From the sequence record ON529852.1: a stretch of DNA of 64,000 nucleotides; one strand, written 5' to 3'. The notes under the pieces are model-generated. The model worked only from the letters and a program-made list of their open reading frames with translations. It did not search any database and was not told the origin of the DNA. Positions 10,534 through 18,552 of the stretch are shown here, one piece after another (positions within the stretch are counted from its first letter, which is position 1; every line of letters starts with the position of its first letter). Position numbers and translations under genes: made by a program.

Positions 10534-10564
10534 AGAGTCACGTTAGCCTGGCTAACGTGACTCT
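10534..10564. repeat. GAGTCACG-N13-CGTGACTC palindrome copy 1
   Basis: Perfect 13-bp inverted repeat just after the tail-tube stop codon. Confidence 0.7.
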
Positions 10565-10568
10565 AAGA

Positions 10569-12404
10569 TTACGCCGTGGTCGCCAGGATCGACGAGTAGC
10601 GGTCGATCTGGATTTCGCAGCCGGTGACCGCGTCACGCTTGGCGCCGAACTCCATGTTCTCCATGACGTCCTGGTTGCCGCCGGGCGGGTTCACGGTGTC
10701 GGTGGTGAAGTTCGCGGCCGGCACGGTGTATTCGTAGTGGTTGCCCAGAACGTCTTCGATCGAGAACTCGATCGACACGGTGCGGTGCTCGATGAACTTG
10801 TCCCACAGCGAGCCGTCGGCGAAGTAGGCCACCAGGTTGCCCGTGATTTCCATGCGGCCCGCGCCGATGCCGGCGGGGAACTTGTAGGAAACCGCGTTCT
10901 GGTCACGCAGGTTGTTGTTGCCGTTCATCGTGATCGACTGGATCGCGGTGGACAGTTCTTCACCGTTGATGATGATGGCGCCGACGTTGACGGTCGCGTT
11001 GGCGACCGGGGTCGAGGTCGTCTCCAGGACGGTGTAGGGGGCGGCGCCCAGCTTGGTGGTGCCCTGACGCTTGGTCTGGCGGCCGTTGAAGCCGAACGAG
11101 CCGGTCAGGATCGAGTTCGACGCGATGTTGTAGCTGAAGGTGCCGACGCGCAGGCCGTCGGTGATCCAGTATTGGTCGACGTCTTCGAAGCCGGTCTCGA
11201 TGGTGAACGACTGCGGCGTGATCTCGTCGGCGTCCGACGGGTTGCGCAGCATCGAGCCCTTGATCGTGACCTTCAGTTCGGCGGCGTTGTCGAACGTCGC
11301 CGGCGACGGCGTGACCGTGATCTTGTCGTCGGTCATGGTGTCGATCTTGAAGACGCCGTGCAGGGTGGCGTCGCCGCCCGCGAAGTCGACGACCGCGATG
11401 GCGTTGCCCGAATCCAGGGTCTCCAGCATCTGACCGCCGGTGCGCAGCAGGTTCTTGATGGTCACGACGCCCAGGGCGACCGTGGCCGAGACTTGCAGTT
11501 CGCCGCGCACGCGCTTGGCGTTCAGTTCCGCAGCGAACAGAGCCGCTTGCGTGGCGGCGTCCGTGCCCAGGCCGACGGCTTCAGCCGAGGGCGGGACCGA
11601 TCCGCCGAACTGGAAGACCAGGGTCTTGTCGCCGTCCGAGACCGTAACGCGCGAACCCACGGCGGGGACCGCCGAGAAGGTGATCGTGCCGGTTTCGATG
11701 CCCAGGCCGTCGATGAACAGCTTCTGGCCGACGTGCAGTTGACCCGCAGCGATGGCGCCGGCGAAGGCGTTGGTGCCGTTGGAGTCGAAGGCCGATTCGC
11801 CGGCCGTGCCTGCACGAATGTCGGTGTTGTTCAGCACGATGACGTCGTTGGCGTCGATCATGGCGGTGTAGGCGGAGCCGTTCTCGGCCTCACCGGTCGT
11901 TTCGGCGACCGTGATCTCGGTGCGGTTGGCGCCGGCGTTCCAGGTGATCGCGTCGATCTGCCAGTAGGCGTTGTTCGCCGACTTCAGGAAGCCCGAGGTC
12001 TTGATGCGGCGGCCCGTGAAGAAGTAGTTGGTGACGTCCACGCCCTTGACGTGCAGCATCGACGCCGAGGCCCAGGCCAGGGCGGTGCCCTTGACCGAGT
12101 CGAAGGTCATCGGGCGCGTCCAGGCGCCGTAGACGAAGGCTTCCATCAGGTCGTCGTGCGAGCCGGCCGAATATTCGATGTTGATTTCACCGGCCGAGCG
12201 CGCGCCCGTTTCGATGTAGTCAGCCACCATGCGGTCAGCCCGGATTTCTTCCGAGGTCGCGGTCTCTTTGTTGGCGTTGATGGTCGAGCCGGTGTAGCGC
12301 ACTTCACGAGTGCGGCCGGCAGCGGGAGTGGTGCCCCAGGCGTTGTCGTCTTCCTTCAGCATGCGAAGACGGGCGCGGTTGGAGTCAGCGAAGATTTGGA
12401 CCAT
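10569..12404 (-). CDS. Major tail tube protein with inserted domain
   Basis: 611 aa; N-terminal EVRYTGSTI..SEEIRADRMVAD and C-terminal SFTIETGFEDVDQY..NNNLRDQNAV tail-tube-like segments; upstream of chaperones. Confidence 0.85.
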   Translation of the reverse strand: MVQIFADSNRARLRMLKEDDNAWGTTPAAGRTREVRYTGSTINANKETATSEEIRADRMVADYIETGARSAGEINIEYSAGSHDDLMEAFVYGAWTRPMTFDSVKGTALAWASASMLHVKGVDVTNYFFTGRRIKTSGFLKSANNAYWQIDAITWNAGANRTEITVAETTGEAENGSAYTAMIDANDVIVLNNTDIRAGTAGESAFDSNGTNAFAGAIAAGQLHVGQKLFIDGLGIETGTITFSAVPAVGSRVTVSDGDKTLVFQFGGSVPPSAEAVGLGTDAATQAALFAAELNAKRVRGELQVSATVALGVVTIKNLLRTGGQMLETLDSGNAIAVVDFAGGDATLHGVFKIDTMTDDKITVTPSPATFDNAAELKVTIKGSMLRNPSDADEITPQSFTIETGFEDVDQYWITDGLRVGTFSYNIASNSILTGSFGFNGRQTKRQGTTKLGAAPYTVLETTSTPVANATVNVGAIIINGEELSTAIQSITMNGNNNLRDQNAVSYKFPAGIGAGRMEITGNLVAYFADGSLWDKFIEHRTVSIEFSIEDVLGNHYEYTVPAANFTTDTVNPPGGNQDVMENMEFGAKRDAVTGCEIQIDRYSSILATTA

Positions 12405-12499
12405 AGGTCGAAAGGTTCCACGAGGTTGGAGACAGGCGGGCAGCGACCGCCCCGGTCTACGCCTCGAATGCGTGGACCCTACTCGAAAAGACCTTCAAT

Positions 12500-12525
12500 G
12501 TCAAGATTTCAGGCATTGACTGCCG
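12500..12525 (-). promoter_or_regulatory. Late-promoter motif copy 2
   Basis: GGCAGTCAATGCCTGAAATCTTGACA-17-TAGGGT. Confidence 0.65.
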
Positions 12526-12543
12526 CGTTTCGCGGCAGTAGCC

Positions 12544-13023
12544 TTAGGCGCGGAAGTCGCTTGCCTGCGGATCGCGATGGTAGAAGTGGAACGTGCCGTC
12601 GCAGATGATCTGGAAGTAGCCGTTCTTGGCCCCCGTGAACGGGGTCTTCACATTCGACACCAGCAGCTTCAAGTGGCCGTCGGGAGCCACCTCTTTCTCG
12701 CGCCGGTTCATCTCACGGCGGATGGCGTCGGCGATGGTGATGCCAGGGCCGGACCCGATCGCCTCGGGCACCATGATGTCGAACTGGTAGATGCCGACGG
12801 TCATTTCGAAGCCGCGCCGGCCGCCGAGTTCGGCCTGGCGGGACCCGCCGGTGCGGAACCAGAAGGAGGCGTAGATCGCCGCCTTCTCGCTGCCCTTCTT
12901 CACCGGAGGCTTGGTGAAGGGCTCGTTCATCAACTCCACGCGCGTGCCGTCGAGGCCGCCTTTGAGGGCGGCCTGAAGAGCGGCTTTATCGAGCACGCGG
13001 CGCAGGCTGTTGAAGACGTCCAT
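12544..13023 (-). CDS. Putative tail terminator/completion protein (159 aa, MDVFNSL...)
   Basis: Position before tail tube; GIYQFDIMVP..G.G motif of tail-completion folds. Confidence 0.55.
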   Translation of the reverse strand: MDVFNSLRRVLDKAALQAALKGGLDGTRVELMNEPFTKPPVKKGSEKAAIYASFWFRTGGSRQAELGGRRGFEMTVGIYQFDIMVPEAIGSGPGITIADAIRREMNRREKEVAPDGHLKLLVSNVKTPFTGAKNGYFQIICDGTFHFYHRDPQASDFRA

Positions 13024-13051
13024 GAGAGTTCCTTGACTGCAAGTTCCGGGC

Positions 13052-13543
13052 CTAGAAGACCCCGGCCTGCACCTCTGCGATCGCCAGCCGCACAATGCCC
13101 TTTTTCGAGCGGGACAGTTCCGGGGTCGGCAGTTGGCCGTACTCCAGCCCGACGGCGCTGTCGGAGGTGTTGGTGAGATAGATGTCGACCGGCGTCTTGG
13201 CCTTCAGCGCCGCCGCCAACGAGCGCCGGGGGCGCTGTTCGTTGACCTTGCGGCGCGGTTCGTCGCCCAGGGCCATGGAGTTGGTCGGTCCAGGATCGAT
13301 GCCGCCGCCGCGCGGCGCTTCGTGGGCGGTGTCCGGACGCAGGGTCGACCAGCGCCAGTTCAGGATCGTGTCGCCCTCCCAGACCGGGGTGTTCGCCAGG
13401 ATGCGCTCGTTCAGCGCCACCAGGATGGCGTCCGCCTTGCGATCATAGGTGGTCTCGACGTGGTCGAAGAACTTCTCGAACGTGTGGGCGAAGGGATTGT
13501 TGATCTGGACCCCGACCTTGGTCCCGCTCCGGGAAAAGGACAC
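13052..13543 (-). CDS. Putative neck/tail completion protein
   Basis: TPVWEG..W..S and LEYG motifs (HK97 gp10-like); synteny. Confidence 0.5.
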   Translation of the reverse strand: MSFSRSGTKVGVQINNPFAHTFEKFFDHVETTYDRKADAILVALNERILANTPVWEGDTILNWRWSTLRPDTAHEAPRGGGIDPGPTNSMALGDEPRRKVNEQRPRRSLAAALKAKTPVDIYLTNTSDSAVGLEYGQLPTPELSRSKKGIVRLAIAEVQAGVF

Positions 13544-13918
13544 CTAGCTGGCCCGGCACTGAAGTTTCGCCAGAAGCGAGGCCGGATCGGTGAGGACCCG
13601 GATGATCTGCCACTTCAAGCCATTGTCGTCGGTGAGGATGTCGGTGTCCTTGGGGAAGACGCCCAGTTCGTCCATGGGGAACAGGACCTTGGTGTCGGTC
13701 ACGACGATCAAGGGGTCGGCCTCCTTCTCTTTCGAGGAGAAGGAGGTGAAGACGACCATGTTCAGGGTCTTGTCGGTATAGCCCTGGGTCACCTCTCCGG
13801 CGTCCAGGTCCCGCACCGGCGAGGCGCCGGCGATATGATAGGTCGCCTTACGCGGGACGTCGTCCAACGCAAGGAAGGCTTGCCGCACGGCGCGGCGAAG
13901 GGTCGCCTTCAACGCCAT
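13544..13918 (-). CDS. Putative head closure protein
   Basis: 124-aa beta protein directly after the head-tail adaptor. Confidence 0.55.
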   Translation of the reverse strand: MALKATLRRAVRQAFLALDDVPRKATYHIAGASPVRDLDAGEVTQGYTDKTLNMVVFTSFSSKEKEADPLIVVTDTKVLFPMDELGVFPKDTDILTDDNGLKWQIIRVLTDPASLLAKLQCRAS

Positions 13919-13923
13919 GGCGG

Positions 13924-14454
13924 TTAGGTCCGGACAATGCGCTTGAAGCCGGGACGACGGCCGGTCTTGGCGCCGCCCAGGTCCTCCAGCATCGCCAGCA
14001 GGAACTCCGGCATGACGCCTTCACGCTCGCCGCTGTCCTTGAACTTGACCTGGATGACGTCGACCTTGATTTCGCTGAACTCACCCGAGCCGCCGTCGGC
14101 GTTGGCGCGGGTCCAGTCCGAGGTCATCAGATAGGCGGCGAACTCCGCCGTCGCTTCCTTGAGCAGACGAGGGATCACATTGTCCGGGATCATCACCCCG
14201 TCCAGGGTGACGCCGGCGCGCGGCCAGGCCAGACCGGAGTCTGGCTCGACGCGCGTGCCGTGCCATTTGAAACGGATGTCCAGCACCTTGGAGGCGCGGA
14301 CGAGGAGGCGCTGCTTGTCCTCCTCTTCCTGATCGAGCCACTCGGCCGAGATGTGGCCGTTCGCCTCGATGTAGTCGTCGGCGAATTCAACCGTGCAGTA
14401 GGAGTTGGCCTGGGGGTCGCCTTGACCCTCCTCGACCACAAAGTTGAATGCCAT
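13924..14454 (-). CDS. Head-tail adaptor (DnaT-like family)
   Basis: ANSYCTVEFADDY..W..K..LL.RA..LD..W.G.R..L.WPR signature. Confidence 0.7.
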   Translation of the reverse strand: MAFNFVVEEGQGDPQANSYCTVEFADDYIEANGHISAEWLDQEEEDKQRLLVRASKVLDIRFKWHGTRVEPDSGLAWPRAGVTLDGVMIPDNVIPRLLKEATAEFAAYLMTSDWTRANADGGSGEFSEIKVDVIQVKFKDSGEREGVMPEFLLAMLEDLGGAKTGRRPGFKRIVRT

Positions 14455-14475
14455 TCTGGGAAAGTGCTCCGATTA

Positions 14476-14504
14476 GAGTCACGCTTCGTAGGGAAACGTG
14501 ACTC
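14476..14504. repeat. GAGTCACG-N13-CGTGACTC palindrome copy 2
   Basis: Same arms and 13-nt spacer as copies 1 and 3. Confidence 0.7.
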
Positions 14505-14505
14505 C

Positions 14506-15333
14506 TTAACGCGCCGCAGAGTGCACGAAACCGGGCAAACTGTCAAGGTTTCCGTGGCCCGCCGCCTGGGCTTCCTGAGCCGCCTTGCGCACGCGGTTGC
14601 GGTGCGAGATGGCCTTGACCCACTTCTTCGCCATTTCCGAACGGACCACGTCGTCCTCGGTGAACTCGACGATGTCCATGATCTCCCAGTCGTCGGAGAT
14701 GTTGACGATCTCTTCCAGGCCGGAGTTGTGGATGTCGATCTGCGAGTGGTCGCCGGCGACGACGACCTGGGTGCCGTTGCCCGTGCGGGTCAGCAGCAGG
14801 TAGAGGTCGTCGAACTCGGCGTTCTGGGCTTCGTCCAGGATGACGCAGGCGTTGTCGAAGGTGCGGCCGCGCATGTATTCGAACGGCACGATCTCGAACT
14901 TGCCCTCCGACTTCCACATTTCCAGTTGGGTCTTGGAGACCTCGGCGCGGATGCCCTCGATGACCGGCGTCAGCCAGGGCGCCATCTTGGCTTCGATGTT
15001 GCCCGGCAGGAAGCCGATCTGGTGTCCCTTCTTGGAGGCGGTCACCCGGCTGATGATGATCTTTTCGATGTCGCCCTTGAGCATGCGCTGGGCGGCGATC
15101 CGGGCGGCGAGGTAGGTCTTGCCCGTGCCCGCCGGGCCGATGGCGAAGACCGAATCGCCTTCCTTCAGCACTTCCAGGTAGTCCGCCTGGTTCTCGGTCT
15201 TGGGGACCAACGGCTTGGCCGTGTGCTTGGTCTGCTTGGCGGAGCGTTCTGCGCGGCGAGCCGCGCGTGCCTGAGCCTTGGTGAGGGGCCGTTCGTGCAT
15301 CGGTTCGAACGGGGTGTAGGCGGGTTCAGTCAA
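14506..15333 (-). CDS. phoH: PhoH family ATPase
   Basis: GPAGTGKTYLA Walker A; IGFLPG; YMRGRTF; ILDEAQN; GDHSQID. Confidence 0.95.
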   Translation of the reverse strand: MTEPAYTPFEPMHERPLTKAQARAARRAERSAKQTKHTAKPLVPKTENQADYLEVLKEGDSVFAIGPAGTGKTYLAARIAAQRMLKGDIEKIIISRVTASKKGHQIGFLPGNIEAKMAPWLTPVIEGIRAEVSKTQLEMWKSEGKFEIVPFEYMRGRTFDNACVILDEAQNAEFDDLYLLLTRTGNGTQVVVAGDHSQIDIHNSGLEEIVNISDDWEIMDIVEFTEDDVVRSEMAKKWVKAISHRNRVRKAAQEAQAAGHGNLDSLPGFVHSAAR

Positions 15334-15360
15334 GCAACTGTCCTGGGCTATGGCTGGGTC

Positions 15361-15612
15361 TCAGCCGGATGTGGCCTCCAGACGGATCGCGCTGGCGGCC
15401 TGACAGTGGAGAAGGTTGGAGCGGAAATGCTCCACCAGTTCTCCGAGGATCGCCATGCTTTCGGGAGTGAGGTCCTCCAGGAGCATGTCGTTCATCGCGG
15501 CGGCGCCGCGAATCATGTCCATGTGCCGGGCTTCGATGTCCGCGCTGGGCGACTCCACCGCCTGGACGAATGCCGCCACGGGCGGGAACGTAGGAGCGAG
15601 TGCGGCGTTCAT
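15361..15612 (-). CDS. Hypothetical protein (83 aa)
   Basis: Co-oriented ORF, GAGG upstream. Confidence 0.6.
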   Translation of the reverse strand: MNAALAPTFPPVAAFVQAVESPSADIEARHMDMIRGAAAMNDMLLEDLTPESMAILGELVEHFRSNLLHCQAASAIRLEATSG

Positions 15613-15714
15613 CGGGGTTCCCTCAGAGGAAATGCTTAACTGAGGGGAACCTAACCCGACCTTAGGGTGTTGCGCAAGGACGGTCTGGGAACAATCCCCT
15701 ACCGCGTGAGTGGT

Positions 15715-16161
15715 TTAGCCCGCTCCCGTAACCATGGTTACAATGGCGCCGACGACCGCCGCCAGCAGGGCCGAGCCCCCGGCGGTCAACGGACCGATGA
15801 TGATCTCCATCCGCGTCAGGCGCTTTTCCAGCGCCAGCTTGTCGGCGGTGAACTCACGCTCCAGGCGGTCCAGTTCGTCCGCCGCCTCTTTTTCGACGCG
15901 GGCCGTTTCCTGGGCGGCGGCCTTGAGGTCGCGTTCCAGGTTGGCGATTTTCTGCGGCTGATCCTGAGCCTCGATGCGCGTCAGGCGATCGCGCACGTCC
16001 TTCATGTCTTCGCGGAATCCGTCGAAACGGGTGTCGACCTTGTCGACAAGCCGATCCATCTTGTCGTTGAGCGTCGTGAAGAGACGGTCCACGGCGTCGC
16101 GGAACCGGTCTTCGGGCGTCATGCCCACGGCCGGAATGGGAATGTTACCGGCCATCGACAT
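15715..16161 (-). CDS. Coiled-coil protein with C-terminal transmembrane anchor
   Basis: Heptad-rich body, then IIIGPLTAGGSALLAAVVGAIVTMV; the true start may be slightly downstream. Confidence 0.7.
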   Translation of the reverse strand: MSMAGNIPIPAVGMTPEDRFRDAVDRLFTTLNDKMDRLVDKVDTRFDGFREDMKDVRDRLTRIEAQDQPQKIANLERDLKAAAQETARVEKEAADELDRLEREFTADKLALEKRLTRMEIIIGPLTAGGSALLAAVVGAIVTMVTGAG

Positions 16162-16645
16162 AGACCTCCTCGATCTGAGCGATGCCGCACACCGCGACCA
16201 CGTCCCCGTTCACCATGATGGGCCACTTCCACCCCGCGAAGCGCAGCAGAGCGCCGCTGGAGGCATGCGGAATGACGCCGTCGACCTGGATCGTGCGGCG
16301 CTCGATGACGCATTGGAGGTCTTCGTCCTCAAAGGCGCTGGCGTCGCCGTTGTCCCAGATGGCGTGATCCGGCTGCGCCAGGTAGTCGAGCGCGGTCACG
16401 CCCGTCATGGCGGTATAGGGTCGGTTGACGTGAACCATCACGAACGATCCGTCCGCTTGCAAGGCCTTGATCCAGGCCGGCAGGGGCATGTGTTCGAAGA
16501 AGCCCGTCATCAGGAGGCAAGGGTCCTCCGAACGGCACTCTTCGGCGGCGTCACGCAAAATGTTGAGCAGGGCTTCCACGTCTTGACGCGGTTTCTGCGG
16601 GATACCCGTCGGTTGGGCCGAAGGGCTGCTGTCGTTGTTCGACAC
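16145..16645 (-). CDS. Stand-alone PAS-domain protein
   Basis: FFEHMP.PAWIK....F.MV.VN..Y....G......L...D..IW....A..F..ED..C.......G....WKWPI...G.VVAVCGIA (PAS_4 pattern). Confidence 0.75.
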   Translation of the reverse strand: MSNNDSSPSAQPTGIPQKPRQDVEALLNILRDAAEECRSEDPCLLMTGFFEHMPLPAWIKALQADGSFVMVHVNRPYTAMTGVTALDYLAQPDHAIWDNGDASAFEDEDLQCVIERRTIQVDGVIPHASSGALLRFAGWKWPIMVNGDVVAVCGIAQIEEVYVDGR

Positions 16646-16710
16646 GGCCTTCGTCCCCGACGGTTAGCGCGTTGATATTGACGCGGAGGCTACGCGCAAA
16701 CCCCTTGAAA

Positions 16711-16736
16711 GTCAAGATTTTTGGCAACGATTGCCA
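16711..16736 (-). promoter_or_regulatory. Late-promoter motif copy 3
   Basis: GGCAATCGTTGCCAAAAATCTTGACT-17-TAGCCT. Confidence 0.65.
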
Positions 16737-16875
16737 GCCAATAAATTCCTTGACGAAGCGCAGCGCCGGAATCACAACGCCCCGCACCGGACGGGGGCCA
16801 GTGCGGGGCGCTGCTTGACGACGGAGGACCGCGTCAGCCGGACAAAGCCCCGTGGCTGACTGCGACGCTGTGCGG

Positions 16876-16904
16876 GATGTAGAGGACTGCGCGGTGCGTG
16901 TCAA
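16876..16904 (-). promoter_or_regulatory. sigma70-type promoter
   Basis: TTGACA-16-CTACATC, matching Caulobacter TTGAC..GCTANAWC. Confidence 0.6.
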
Positions 16905-16921
16905 CCCTCTCGGTCAGATAA

Positions 16922-17002
16922 TGGCGGGGACGGAGGGAATCGAACCCCCTGGATGACGCCTTCGGAGGGCGTTGCCTACATTCCGGTCGGCACTTCGCCC
17001 CC
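16922..17002 (-). tRNA. tRNA-Arg(CCG), atypical D arm
   Basis: GGGGGCG/CGTCCCC acceptor, ACGCC-CTCCGAA-GGCGT, GGTTCGATTCC, CCA. Confidence 0.8.
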
Positions 17003-17035
17003 GAGGCGGTGGGCCGGACAGGCCGGCAGAAAGAG

Positions 17036-17117
17036 TGGCGCCCAAGGCAGGATTTGAACCTGCGTTTGCAACTCCGCTACGGATAAGGCCTTCGTAGGAC
17101 CCCTCGGTTACTTGGGC
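17036..17117 (-). tRNA. tRNA-Arg(ACG)-like, no D stem, branched variable region
   Basis: GCCCAAG/CTTGGGC acceptor, GGGTC-CTACGAA-GGCCT, T arm GCAGG-TTCAAAT-CCTGC, CCA. Confidence 0.6.
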
Positions 17118-17120
17118 ATT

Positions 17121-17204
17121 TGGCTCCTATGAGAGGACTCGAACCTCTAAGTCTTGCGACGGTCGATTAACAGTCGACTGCGTTTACCATTCCGCCACAT
17201 AGGA
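17121..17204 (-). tRNA. tRNA-Asn(GTT) with long variable arm
   Basis: GTCGA-CTGTTAA-TCGAC; variable hairpin GTC-GCAA-GAC; CCA. Confidence 0.9.
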
Positions 17205-17229
17205 ACAAACTGAATACTGATATTTTACC

Positions 17230-17303
17230 TGGTTCTGGCTCTAGGAATCGAACCTAAATCTCGGAGACCAAAACTCCGCGTGATACCGTTACACTAAGCC
17301 AGA
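17230..17303 (-). tRNA. tRNA-Gln(TTG)
   Basis: CGGAG-TTTTGGT-CTCCG; full cloverleaf; CCA. Confidence 0.9.
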
Positions 17304-17314
17304 TCAGGAAAACT

Positions 17315-17392
17315 TGGTAGGAGGTACTGGATTCGAACCAGTGAAATGTCGGTATGTGAAACCGATGCCTTGGGCCGCTTGGCGAACCTCCC
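17315..17392 (-). tRNA. tRNA-Val(CAC)
   Basis: TCGGT-TTCACAT-ACCGA; G1.U72; CCA. Confidence 0.85.
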
Positions 17393-17436
17393 ATGCAAGA
17401 GCAGCGTATCTCCACCGCTCAGGGACAAAGTAAAGT

Positions 17437-17513
17437 TGGTCCTAGCACCAGGATTTGAACCTGGGACCGAGCGGTTATCGACCGCGCGCTCTACCAAACT
17501 GAGCTATGCTAGG
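17437..17513 (-). tRNA. tRNA-Ile(GAT)
   Basis: GCGG-TCGATAA-CCGC (C33); CCA. Confidence 0.9.
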
Positions 17514-17517
17514 GCTG

Positions 17518-17592
17518 TGGTAGCGGATACAGGAATCGCACCTGTGCATGTCGGCGTGTCATACCGATGCCTTTCTACTTGGCTAATCCGCC
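17518..17592 (-). tRNA. tRNA-Val(GAC)
   Basis: TCGGT-ATGACAC-GCCGA; T loop TGCGATT; CCA. Confidence 0.85.
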
Positions 17593-17605
17593 ACACAGAA
17601 AAGTG

Positions 17606-17680
17606 TGGCCCACCCAGGAGCGCTCGCATCTCCGTCTCGGGGATTTCACTCCCGCGCTAATCTGTCTCAGCTATGAGTGG
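17606..17680 (-). tRNA. tRNA-Phe(GAA), divergent
   Basis: CGGGA-GTGAAAT-CCCCG; weak T arm; CCA. Confidence 0.7.
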
Positions 17681-17681
17681 G

Positions 17682-17765
17682 TGGTGGGAAGGGAGAGAAT
17701 TCGCACTCTCACAGCTTGCGCGGGGGATTTACAGTCCCTTGGGCTCACTCGTGCCCAGCCTGCCC
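17682..17765 (-). tRNA. tRNA-Tyr(GTA)
   Basis: AGGGA-CTGTAAA-TCCCC; class II variable arm; CCA. Confidence 0.9.
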
Positions 17766-17832
17766 AAAATGTTACGGCTCAGTCGCCGCCGGTCATGGTG
17801 ATCTCCTGGATCAGATGAAGGTGTTGAAACGG

Positions 17833-17868
17833 AAAAGGCCCGCCTGGCGGAAACCAGGCGGGCCTTCG
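17833..17868 (-). terminator. Intrinsic terminator (attenuator) upstream of tRNA array 1
   Basis: GAAGGCCCGCCTGG-TTTCCG-CCAGGCGGGCC followed by TTTT. Confidence 0.8.
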
Positions 17869-17897
17869 AAACTTGGGAGTTCTAAGTGGGTATCAGA

Positions 17898-17993
17898 TCA
17901 AATCTGCGTCCCACCATCGCCCATGCACGAATGGCCCGCCCGGTTAAACCGGACGACCTGAATTTGCTGCACGTTGTTGCGATAGGTGAACAT
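17898..17993 (-). CDS. Leader peptide 1, MFTYRNNVQQIQVVRFNRAGHSCMGDGGTQI (probably leaderless mRNA)
   Basis: ATG lies 7 nt after the -10 box; 16 of codons 2-18 are read by array-1 tRNAs. Confidence 0.8.
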   Translation of the reverse strand: MFTYRNNVQQIQVVRFNRAGHSCMGDGGTQI

Positions 17994-18000
17994 GAGAAGA

Positions 18001-18029
18001 CGTTTACTACAGGCGGCGACCAGTGTCAA
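18001..18029 (-). promoter_or_regulatory. Promoter of leader 1 / tRNA array 1
   Basis: TTGACA-17-TAAACG. Confidence 0.6.
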
Positions 18030-18031
18030 CA

Positions 18032-18247
18032 TTATTGTCGCCGATGGACCCAAGTTTTTTCGAGGGCGCTGTCCCAGGTCCCCCAGTTGCAGGGGTCAGG
18101 GTAGTCCCGATAGCGCCAGCCGCCGCAATAGCGGCACATGGCTTCAGTCTGATGGGCCTCGGCGGGGTGCGGTTCACAGTCCCCCGAGACGTCGCACAGC
18201 GGCCAGCCGTCGGGTCCCAGGGTAGGATCGTCGTCCGGGTCCGTCAC
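18032..18247 (-). CDS. Small Cys-rich hypothetical protein (MTDPDDDP...)
   Basis: GTG start overlaps upstream TGA; CxxxxxC, CxxC motifs. Confidence 0.55.
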   Translation of the reverse strand: MTDPDDDPTLGPDGWPLCDVSGDCEPHPAEAHQTEAMCRYCGGWRYRDYPDPCNWGTWDSALEKTWVHRRQ

Positions 18248-18552
18248 AGAGTGTAGTCGACCGCCGGGTCGGGCATCCAGACCTCTTCCAGCATGTGCAT
18301 CTGCGGGCGTGGCTGCCACTGGGCTTCGTGGTTCCAGGACAGGATCACGCCGGACCGCGTTTCGCTGCCGTCGGTCAGCGTCGCGCAGCCGTAGACATCA
18401 AAGGGCGGCGCGCCATCATAGGAATGGTGGCGCAAGGTATAGAGATGGGGACCGTTGCCGCCGCACCAGCGCACCAGAACTTTCGCTCCGTCGGGGAGGG
18501 CGCGGATTTCGGCCGGGGTCAGCCTGGGGGTGTCGGGGACGGCGTGGGTCAT
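18244..18552 (-). CDS. Hypothetical protein (102 aa)
   Basis: Translationally coupled ORF. Confidence 0.65.
   Translation of the reverse strand: MTHAVPDTPRLTPAEIRALPDGAKVLVRWCGGNGPHLYTLRHHSYDGAPPFDVYGCATLTDGSETRSGVILSWNHEAQWQPRPQMHMLEEVWMPDPAVDYTL

Noticed and set aside
17315-17392. Opal (TCA) suppressor reading of TTTCACAT
   Set aside because: The 5-bp stem TCGGT/ACCGA fixes the loop as TT-CAC-AT. No evidence of stop-codon recoding: TGA, TAG and TAA all end genes normally.
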